Assembly: GCA_037917675.1 (NCBI GenBank)
Contig: JAVCBW010000002.1
Coordinates: forward strand, 1 to 20,257
Length of the DNA: 20,257 bases
Reading direction: 5' to 3'
DNA from: Thermoproteota archaeon
GTDB lineage: Archaea > Korarchaeota > Korarchaeia > B14-G2
Shown piece after piece: positions 1 through 6,911 of the stretch. The first letter of the stretch is position 1; every line of letters begins with the position of its first letter. The position numbers and the translations under genes are program-made. The notes under the pieces were generated by a model. It saw only the letters and a list, made by a program, of their open reading frames with translations. It did not search any database and was not told the origin of the DNA.

Positions 1-669
1 GTACTCCACCTCAATATCGATCATTTTGGTTACATCGAGGGAAGCTACTTCAAACCTAGTTTCCTCACCGGCTAGGATCTCAGCTACAGCTTCTGGAGAC
101 CCCACTGTTGCAGAGAGCCCTATCACCTGAAAGCCACCACAGACCTCTCTCAACCTCTCTAAGAGGACTGCAAGCTGGCTTCCCCTCTTATTCTCAAGGA
201 ACTCATGCACTTCGTCGACTATAACCCACCTGACAGACTTTAATGCTGCCCTCATCAGTCTCCCTGGAAGTATGGCCTGAAGGCTCTCTGGGGTGGTTAT
301 CAGGATGTCTGGAGGATGTCTAGCTTGAGCTTCTCTTTCACTTGAGCTGGTATCTCCATGCCTGACACCAACCCTAAATCTCAGAGCATAAGCATATCTA
401 GAAATCCTATCAAGCAGATCCCTATTGAGAGCTCTCAGTGGTGTTATATAGAGGAGCTTCACTCCCACATCCTTAACACCTCTCATCATGTGTAATACAG
501 GTAAGACAGCTGCCTCAGTCTTCCCCCAGCCTGCTGGAGCTATCAGCAGGACGCTTTCTCCACTAAGAATGAGTGGTATAGCTTTCTCCTGGATTTCAGT
601 TTCGCTAGAGATGCCTACTTCCGCTAGCTTCTCTCTGATTTCTCTACATAGTAGGCTGAAGGCGCCCAT
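1..669 (-). CDS. Lhr-like SF2 DEAD/DEAH-box helicase, N-terminal part (runs off the window start)
   Basis: Missing from the ORF track; read by hand from ATG at 669. MGAFSLLCREIREKL..., Q motif TEIQEKAIP, Walker A APAGWGKT, motif Ia YITPLRALNRD, VRHGDT, ILITTPESL, motif II VIVDEVH with KRGSQL, motif III GLSATVG. These match Lhr-family motifs. The frame is open to position 1. Confidence 0.93.
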   Translation of the reverse strand, partial: MGAFSLLCREIREKLAEVGISSETEIQEKAIPLILSGESVLLIAPAGWGKTEAAVLPVLHMMRGVKDVGVKLLYITPLRALNRDLLDRISRYAYALRFRVGVRHGDTSSSEREAQARHPPDILITTPESLQAILPGRLMRAALKSVRWVIVDEVHEFLENKRGSQLAVLLERLREVCGGFQVIGLSATVGSPEAVAEILAGEETRFEVASLDVTKMIDIEVEY

Positions 670-674
670 GGAGA

Positions 675-1199
675 TCAGCTGCCATAAGCTCCAAGTGCCT
701 CCTTAGCTAAGCTCTCAGTCAGCTTCTCAACGTCTATTTCGAGGAAAGTTCTCCAAGAAAGCTGTATCCTGTCACCCTGAACCCTCACATACCCTTCTCT
801 TGCAAGCTCCCCGAGACATATCTTGGCCTCAGCTTCACCAACCTTACGTGAAGCTATCTCTAGGAAGTCGCTCTTCTCAATCACTCCTCTCCCTGCCGCG
901 AAGAGGCCGACAAGTATCCCAAGGCAGGCTACAGCATTCGAGTCGAGAGGTGAAAGCTTAAGGTCTCCTACAGGTTCAGATGGAGCAACTACAGCAATCT
1001 TCTCATCCTTAAGCAGGTGGAGTTTTAGCCCAAGCTCAGCTAGCTTACCATTTAACTCATCCACCAACTCCTCAAGCCTATCACCAAATTCCCTTCTAAG
1101 CTCTGTTATACTAGCTCCAGGCTTCCTCCCAGACCTATAGAGCACCATTAGCAGAAGCCTCCTTGCATCGCTGCTAACCAAGCTAGGCACCAATTTCAT
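675..1199 (-). CDS. Putative KITE protein (tandem winged helix, ScpB/Nse1/Nse3-like) SMC accessory subunit
   Basis: About 174 aa from ATG 1199 (TTG 1193 or GTG 1190 are alternatives). First WH ends LEELVDELNGKLAELGLKL plus a beta wing. Second WH starts with the hydrophobic helix AVACLGILVGLF and ends LGELAREGYVRVQGDRIQLSWRTFLEID, which resembles the Nse1/MAGE L..L...G[WY]...L..R...E[LI] motif. It lies near SMC and kleisin genes. Confidence 0.72.
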   Translation of the reverse strand: MKLVPSLVSSDARRLLLMVLYRSGRKPGASITELRREFGDRLEELVDELNGKLAELGLKLHLLKDEKIAVVAPSEPVGDLKLSPLDSNAVACLGILVGLFAAGRGVIEKSDFLEIASRKVGEAEAKICLGELAREGYVRVQGDRIQLSWRTFLEIDVEKLTESLAKEALGAYGS

Positions 1200-1207
1200 G
1201 AGGCAGC

Positions 1208-1223
1208 AAACGCTTAAGAAATT
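1208..1223. promoter_or_regulatory. Candidate bidirectional TATA-like element between the KITE and AEP genes
   Basis: AAACGCTTAAGAAATT, with palindromic CTTAAG at 1213-1218, sits in the 44-nt divergent gap. It is about 25 nt from TTG 1244 (+) and about 23 nt from GTG 1190 (-), consistent with leaderless transcripts. Confidence 0.4.
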
Positions 1224-1243
1224 GACTGACATCTAGTCTAGGC

Positions 1244-2140
1244 TTGGACCCCCTCAGCTACTATAGAAGAAGAACTGTCGCAGAGGAGATCTCAGTCTAC
1301 TGTAGGCGCAGGTGGGTTGCAGTACACTCCAATATAGGTGGCAGGCTCATCTTCAAGAGATACATGCAAGTAGGTGGAGATAGAGTCCCCATTACCATAT
1401 CTACTCCAGAAGAGCTAGCTAGGCTTGTAGGGGAGCTCAGAGCTAGGACAGTCTATGCTACCATACATGAGTACCATAGTCTAGCAAGAGAAGAAGACAC
1501 TGCTCTACTCAGCAACATAGCTAGGTCCTCTCCAATATGGGACATTGACAGCACTCCAGCTTTCTATAAGGCTACGTTGGAGGCTGCTAGAGCTGTAGTC
1601 GACGAGCTGGAGAGGCTTGGCGTGGTAAGATCTGTGTTCCTAAAGTGGTCTGGTAGGGGAGTACATGTCCACTTAAATCCACTAGCGTTCTCACATGAGC
1701 TTCTCAAGAGAATGCATCCAGCTGATGCAGCCTACTCGATAGTAGAGTACGTGAAGCTTAAGGTAGATCCTCGTGTACACGAAGTCTCTAGGAGGTATGA
1801 GATCAGAGGTCTTAAGTTAGAGAACAGAATAGATGCTCAGAGGGCCTTTACAGCTCCCCTCTCGCTCCATAGGCTGCTAGACTTCTGCTGTATATGCTTT
1901 GCTCCAGAGGACATAGATAGCTTTGAGCTGAACTGGGCTCTACCAAGCGAGTGCAGGCATGACAAGAGGTGGAAGACGAGATACTTAGAGGGTGAGGCAG
2001 ACCACTTAGCTAAGAAGGCCTACGAGGTAGTAGGTGGAATGCCATATCCCAGAGTGAGGAGGAGAAGGAAGACTTCCAAGCTAGATGAGATGATAAGGAG
2101 AAGCCTCAGAGAGTTCACGGGATCTCAGCCTCCCTTCTAG
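1244..2140 (+). CDS. Archaeo-eukaryotic primase (AEP) superfamily primase/polymerase-like protein
   Basis: Motif I PIWDID (DxD), motif II KWSGRGVHVH (SGxGxH), motif III RIDAQRAFTAPLSLH. TTG start; basic tail RVRRRRKTSK. Confidence 0.82.
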   Translation: MDPLSYYRRRTVAEEISVYCRRRWVAVHSNIGGRLIFKRYMQVGGDRVPITISTPEELARLVGELRARTVYATIHEYHSLAREEDTALLSNIARSSPIWDIDSTPAFYKATLEAARAVVDELERLGVVRSVFLKWSGRGVHVHLNPLAFSHELLKRMHPADAAYSIVEYVKLKVDPRVHEVSRRYEIRGLKLENRIDAQRAFTAPLSLHRLLDFCCICFAPEDIDSFELNWALPSECRHDKRWKTRYLEGEADHLAKKAYEVVGGMPYPRVRRRRKTSKLDEMIRRSLREFTGSQPPF

Positions 2141-2897
2141 CTCTTGCCTCTATAATCCTCTCAGCAACCTCCCTAGGAAGAGCTACATCCTCTCTCCTGA
2201 GAGGTTCCTGTAGTGGCTTAACAACCATCCCTACCCCATTCACTATCTCCACTTTATGCAATCTGAGATCATGAGGAGTATTTCTCATCTTCTCGACTAG
2301 GACATACCTCCGTAACATCCCTCTTCTTACAGCCCTCATGAACCTGATTATACCATCACTCACATGCTCGAGTCCAAAGCCGAAGGCCTGTGATGTCGTC
2401 ACAGCATACTGTGTAACTGCAAGAGTGGTGAGCCTCCATGGAGCCAGAGTCTTCTTTATGTAGTACGAGTAGTTTCTAGCCATCGCAGGCTTGTCAAGCC
2501 AGAATGCTGAGAGAGAGTCTATGACGCACCTAGCTTCACCGCCCCCTAGCTTTTTCCTGGCTTCAACTATCTTCCTGACGAGGTCCTCGACGCTAAGTGT
2601 TGAGAGAGTCCATTCTCCTCGCCCGAAGGTGTCGATCAGTATAAGCATGCCTCCATCTACAGCTAGCTTGAAGTCCATGTTAAATTGGTATGCTTGCTCT
2701 ATAATGGAGCTACTAGACTCCTCCGTGGTCACATATATGCCCTTCTCGCCACTCTTTATGCCAGCCCATATGAAGTGGAGGCAGAACACTGTCTTCCCAG
2801 TCCCTGGCTCACCTGCTATGCATACCAGAAAGCCTCTTGGAATTCCTCCTGACAGCATGCGGTCTATGCCTTCAACTCCAGTCTTAATCCTCTCCAT
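2115..2897 (-). CDS. KaiC-domain RecA-superfamily ATPase (archaeal PAE1156-like family)
   Basis: RIKTGVEGIDRMLSGGIPRG, Walker A GEPGTGKT, YVTTEE, Walker B VIDSLSAFWLDKPAMAR, QYAVTTSQAFGFGLEHVSDGII, EKMR. ATG at 2897 is preceded by a GGAG RBS and overlaps the kleisin stop. Confidence 0.92.
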   Translation of the reverse strand: MERIKTGVEGIDRMLSGGIPRGFLVCIAGEPGTGKTVFCLHFIWAGIKSGEKGIYVTTEESSSSIIEQAYQFNMDFKLAVDGGMLILIDTFGRGEWTLSTLSVEDLVRKIVEARKKLGGGEARCVIDSLSAFWLDKPAMARNYSYYIKKTLAPWRLTTLAVTQYAVTTSQAFGFGLEHVSDGIIRFMRAVRRGMLRRYVLVEKMRNTPHDLRLHKVEIVNGVGMVVKPLQEPLRREDVALPREVAERIIEARARREAEIP

Positions 2898-3609
2898 GTC
2901 TACTCCACTCCTCCCTATCAACCCAAATCACATGAGCTCCTCTCTCAGGTGGTCTTAAGGAGACTCTGAGAGTCCTCCCTACCTTCTCGATAGCCACCTC
3001 TCCTCTCTGCTGGAGGTGTGCTAGAGCCTGAAGTATGGAGAGGAGATCCTCCCATGAGCTAGCCAGCTCACTTAAGTCCATACTCCTATCAGCTATCTGC
3101 TGAGCAATATCCTTAACAGCATCTATCACATTGCTAAACAGCATGCTGCCGAGCTTAGCTTTAGATAAGGTAGGCTCCTGCAGCTCAGGTGGATGAATCC
3201 TCCTATCCGGCTGCTTTAGAAACGCCTTAGTCAGCTTGAATACGACTTCAGCAGTGAGAGGCCCGTCGACTGAGGCTAGCGGCCGCCAGGCCAATGCTGT
3301 CACTTCAGCTATCCTCTCTCTACTAGCTATCCTGAGTCCCTCCCTTATAGCTCCTGCAGGAGTGAGTGCTGCTACGGCTGCTGCAAGACTCCTCTCGACC
3401 TTAGCCAGCAACACTCTAATGACCTTAGGTAGAAGCTCCCCGACGAGCCTGAGGAGCACCGGGCTACCGACTTGGATAGCCCTTCCAGCAAGCCTAAGGT
3501 ACTTTCCCGTCGGTACATCGCTTACATCTATCTTTCCATGGATAGCCATGTCACACTTCTGTATGGCTCTCCTGAGAGAAGCTCTAATCCTTGTCTCTGA
3601 GCTGTACAT
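2884..3609 (-). CDS. Putative kleisin (ScpA/Nse4-like) SMC partner
   Basis: N-terminal GKIDVSDV...LRLVGELL...VLLAKVERSL parallels the ScpA GKIDPWDI...LR.SG..L...ILLRMKS..LL helical domain. C-terminal DLSELASSWEDLLSILQALAHLQQRGEVAIEKVGRTLRVSL parallels the kleisin C-terminal winged helix. 241 aa; overlaps the SMC stop by 26 nt. Confidence 0.72.
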   Translation of the reverse strand: MYSSETRIRASLRRAIQKCDMAIHGKIDVSDVPTGKYLRLAGRAIQVGSPVLLRLVGELLPKVIRVLLAKVERSLAAAVAALTPAGAIREGLRIASRERIAEVTALAWRPLASVDGPLTAEVVFKLTKAFLKQPDRRIHPPELQEPTLSKAKLGSMLFSNVIDAVKDIAQQIADRSMDLSELASSWEDLLSILQALAHLQQRGEVAIEKVGRTLRVSLRPPERGAHVIWVDREEWSRHGED

Positions 3610-5470
3610 TTACAGCTCCCTCATATTTTGATATGAAAACTACCCTATCTGCATGAGGTGGGATTCTCAGTCTAGCTGGTGTGATCACTATATACTGTGT
3701 GTCTCTAGAGGCTTCCTTGAGGAGGAGAGAAACTCTCTCAAAGTTCTCTGGGTCTAAGTGTATCTCGAACTCGTCTAGTATTCTAAATGGCGAGGGCTTC
3801 ATTTCCTGGACTGCAAGGAGGAGTCCAACTGTAGATAGTGTTCTCTCTCCACCAGAGTGGGCCATGCTGCTCACAGCTTCAGGTGGAGCCCCATCAAATC
3901 CGACATATATCTCAAGGCCCATCTCATAGGGATTAGCCCCCTCAAGTGCTACATACCCCTCTCCTCCCACTTTACTGATGAGCTCCTGGAAGTAGCCATT
4001 TACATCATTGACAGCTTGCTCTAGTGTGCTACGCCACCTGCTAACAGCCTCCTGCCTTCTCTCCATGATGGCATCTCTCTCTTCAGCTATCTTCCTCCTC
4101 TCATTCCTAAGCTTCTCGAGCACTGAGGTAGCTTCCCTAAGCTTCTCTTTAGCAAGGGGGTCTACAGGCTTCAGAGCCTCCAATTCTCCTCGGACTCTCT
4201 CCAGCTCAGCTTCAACATCATTTACAGGTGGAGCTCTCGATATCTCCTCTTCAGTGACCACCTTCCTTCTCTCGTCTAGAAGCCTCTTAAGCTCTGCTAC
4301 ATCTGCCTCAAGGCTACTTATCTGCTGCTCTAGCTCATCTACCCTCCTAGCCCACCTCTGAGCTGAAGTCTTCGCTTGATGTATGCTTCTCTCGTTTATC
4401 TCTCTCTCCACTTGTATCTCTCTGAGCCTCAGCTCTCCTGACAGGACTTCATCGACAGCTTTCTCAAAGCCTCTAACAGCTCTCTGTAGCTTAGAGAGCG
4501 CTAGCTTAGCTGAGCTAGCATCTAGCCTTGAAACAGCATCTAAGATCTCTTTCATGGCTGCATTAATCTCCTCTCTGGCCTCCTCCCGCATTTCTCTAGC
4601 TTTAGTAAGCCTCTCTCTGACAGCCGCCTCCTCCATCACGAGCTGCTCAATTCTGCTTAGAGCTCCCCTCTCAAGCGCTATCTTCTCCTCAACCTTAGTT
4701 CTAGCCTTAGATGCCTCACTCTCAAGTGCATGTAGCTGGCTAAGGGTATCCTCTATCCTCTTCTTTAGCTCTAGCGCCTCAGCAGCTATCCTCATCCTCT
4801 CCAGCTCCACAAGCCTCCTCTGGGCCTCCTCCTTTCTCTCTAGAAGCTCAGCCTCCTTCCTTCTGATCTCAACGTCGGCTTCCAGCTCCCTGAGCTTAGC
4901 ATCTAGCTCAGAGAGCTTGTTGTCTAGTTCTTCAATGCCTCTATCCATGGCTGCTATCGCAGCATGTAGCTTGTCAAGCCCAAGAAGCTCCTCGAAGTAC
5001 AGGAGCCTCTCCCTAGGCTTAGAATCTATCCACGCATTGACCTTCCCTTGAGGCATAACGACAAGTGGGTTGTCAACAGAGATCATAGACTCATCTAGTA
5101 TGGCCTTAACTTCACGGTACTGCCTATATACACCATTCACGTAGTACTCAGACCCTCTCCCCTTCTGCATTATCACTCTAGTGAACTCTACTCTATCAGA
5201 GTCTATTAACGGTATGACTCTCCTTCCTCCTCTAGGCCTATTATCTATGACAGTTGAGATGACAGCCTCTCTCTTCCCCCTTCTAATGAAGTCTGAGATC
5301 CTAGACTTCCTCTCTCTAGCTAGTGAGCCGAGACAGAGCTGTATGGCAGAGACTATCGATGTTTTCCCAGCGCCATTTGGCCCAGCTATTATGTTCAGTC
5401 CAGGCCTAAATGGGACTAGGATATCTCCCTCGAATGTCATGAAGTCTCTCAGCCTGACCTCCAGTATCAC
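3584..5470 (-). CDS. Short hinge-less SMC-family ATPase, Smc5/6-related (coalescin/ClsN-like size)
   Basis: DFMTF, Walker A GPNGAGKT, Q-loop MPQGKV, a long heptad coiled coil, joint-like LKPVDPLA, signature HSGGER, Walker B/D-loop PFRILDEFEIHLDPEN and switch QYIVITP. 628 aa, GTG start, no central CxxC hook and no recognisable hinge. Confidence 0.93.
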   Translation of the reverse strand: MILEVRLRDFMTFEGDILVPFRPGLNIIAGPNGAGKTSIVSAIQLCLGSLARERKSRISDFIRRGKREAVISTVIDNRPRGGRRVIPLIDSDRVEFTRVIMQKGRGSEYYVNGVYRQYREVKAILDESMISVDNPLVVMPQGKVNAWIDSKPRERLLYFEELLGLDKLHAAIAAMDRGIEELDNKLSELDAKLRELEADVEIRRKEAELLERKEEAQRRLVELERMRIAAEALELKKRIEDTLSQLHALESEASKARTKVEEKIALERGALSRIEQLVMEEAAVRERLTKAREMREEAREEINAAMKEILDAVSRLDASSAKLALSKLQRAVRGFEKAVDEVLSGELRLREIQVEREINERSIHQAKTSAQRWARRVDELEQQISSLEADVAELKRLLDERRKVVTEEEISRAPPVNDVEAELERVRGELEALKPVDPLAKEKLREATSVLEKLRNERRKIAEERDAIMERRQEAVSRWRSTLEQAVNDVNGYFQELISKVGGEGYVALEGANPYEMGLEIYVGFDGAPPEAVSSMAHSGGERTLSTVGLLLAVQEMKPSPFRILDEFEIHLDPENFERVSLLLKEASRDTQYIVITPARLRIPPHADRVVFISKYEGAVNVQLRDKD

Positions 5471-5483
5471 TGTGAGCCCCAGC

Positions 5484-5510
5484 CTAATACCCTATCTGAC
5501 AAAGTATTAG
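5484..5510. promoter_or_regulatory. 7-13-7 inverted repeat in the divergent smc/PUA promoter region
   Basis: CTAATAC (5484-5490) and GTATTAG (5504-5510). The right arm overlaps a TATA-like AAAGTATTAG about 30 nt before TTG 5539. Confidence 0.3.
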
Positions 5511-5538
5511 AACATCAACCTACAGACCTGGTGGTCAC

Positions 5539-6033
5539 TTGAGCGTGCGTAGACATAGGATAAAGAGGAAGGAGGCCAGGAGGCTAGCTGCTATAGCCTC
5601 AGAAAGATGGCCTGAGCTAGCAGATTTCATCTCATCGGCAAGAGACTCTGAGTTTGAGCTAGTATACACAGAAGCTCAAGTTCTCCTAGTTGATAGAGTT
5701 CCAGTACTTCTGCTAGCTGACAGAGAGCCCATACCAGCCATAACAGGCTTAGAGAAGTTTAACGTAGACGTCCCTAAGGTCACAGTAGATGTAGGCGCAG
5801 TCCCATACATCGCTAAGGGAGCTCATGTCATGGTTCCTGGCATACTTTCAATCAGCAGAGACTTCAAGGAGGGGGCTGGTGTAGCTGTGACTGAGGAGAA
5901 GCTTGGCAGCATAATTGCAGTCGGCATTGCCTTGATGAGTTCAGATGAGATAAGGCTGAGCAGCAAGGGTAGAGCTGTAAAGAACATACACCATGTTGGA
6001 GACAAGCTGTGGAGGGTCTACTCAAAGCTCTAG
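5539..6033 (+). CDS. PUA-domain RNA-binding protein (DUF1947 + PUA, MCT-1/Tma20-like)
   Basis: RRHRIKRKE N-terminus, VTVDVGAVPYIAKGAHVMVPGI, and the C-terminal KGRAVKNIHHVGDKLW. Confidence 0.92.
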   Translation: MSVRRHRIKRKEARRLAAIASERWPELADFISSARDSEFELVYTEAQVLLVDRVPVLLLADREPIPAITGLEKFNVDVPKVTVDVGAVPYIAKGAHVMVPGILSISRDFKEGAGVAVTEEKLGSIIAVGIALMSSDEIRLSSKGRAVKNIHHVGDKLWRVYSKL

Positions 6034-6911
6034 CGCCTGCCTACCTTGATCAGATACTCTGCTATTCTCCCAGCTATGCTGAAGCTGGTTACTCTCTGAA
6101 GCCCCTCCCACCCAGGCTGGCTATTCACCTCGACAATGAGCACCCTGCCATCTCTAGCTTCGATCATGTCGACTCCAGCTAGCTTGCAGCCTATCACCTC
6201 ACAGGCCTTCACAGCAAGCTCCTGAAGGTCCTCTGGCAGCCTAATGGCAACAGGCCTAGCTCCCTGAGCTATGTTCGTCTTCCAGCTACCTCCCACCCTA
6301 TACATGGAAGAGATTACTTCTCCATTGAGGACTAGTGCTCTAATGTCTCTATTACCATGCTCCACGAACTCCTGAACATATAGAACCATCCTGTTAAATG
6401 CTAGTGCAGAAAAGACTCTCCAGGCAACCTCCCTATCAGAAACCCTAGCCACCCCTACCCCTCTACTCCCGAAGATCGGCTTTACGACGACGTCTCCTCC
6501 GAGCTCTTCAAAGGCTTGAAGCGCTTCCCTGACACCCCTACAGACCACTGTCCTAGGGACAGGAAGCCCATATTCCTCTAGTGTCACGAGAGCATAGTAT
6601 TTGTCAACACACTTCTCAATAGCCCTAGGCTCATTTACAATCGGAAGACCTCTTCTACTGAGTGTCAGTAGCATGTCCATCGAGAATATGATCTCCTCAA
6701 GAGAGCCTCTTCCAATAGGCCTGACTATAATACTGGCTACATCACTCAGGAGATCTATTCCCCTAGCTGACACTGAGGGACTAAAGCCGACTCTAGCCAC
6801 CATATCTGGGAAGTCGAAGAGGAAGGGTTCAGCACCTCTCTTCTTAAGCTCTCTAGACAACTCATTTGTATGCCAGGTATCCTCTCTACGGCTTATTATA
6901 CCAACTCTCAT
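6030..6911 (-). CDS. RimK-family ATP-grasp alpha-L-glutamate ligase (MptN/Orf5-like)
   Basis: CVDKY, PVPRTVV, VVKPIFGSRGVGV, YVQEFV, RDIRALV, WKTNIAQGA, AGVDMI, EVNSQPGW. Confidence 0.9.
   Translation of the reverse strand: MRVGIISRREDTWHTNELSRELKKRGAEPFLFDFPDMVARVGFSPSVSARGIDLLSDVASIIVRPIGRGSLEEIIFSMDMLLTLSRRGLPIVNEPRAIEKCVDKYYALVTLEEYGLPVPRTVVCRGVREALQAFEELGGDVVVKPIFGSRGVGVARVSDREVAWRVFSALAFNRMVLYVQEFVEHGNRDIRALVLNGEVISSMYRVGGSWKTNIAQGARPVAIRLPEDLQELAVKACEVIGCKLAGVDMIEARDGRVLIVEVNSQPGWEGLQRVTSFSIAGRIAEYLIKVGRR

Noticed and set aside
517-540. Non-canonical Lhr Walker A (APAGWGKT instead of APTGSGKT) as a sign of inactivation
   Set aside because: GKT, DEVH and SAT are intact, and the changed positions are variable in SF2 helicases.
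3584-5470. Calling the SMC-like gene Rad50/SbcC or Wadjet JetC
   Set aside because: No CxxC hook and no adjacent Mre11/SbcD. The head motifs are Smc5/6-like, it is much shorter than JetC, and no JetD Toprim nuclease gene is in the window.
3681-5510. Long plus-strand ORFs (82-222 aa) opposite the SMC gene, and similar antisense ORFs elsewhere (e.g. 823-1140, 2491-2958, 15849-16295, 18817-19164)
   Set aside because: Ser/Leu-rich shadows of Glu/Arg/Lys-rich genes on the other strand, with no motifs.
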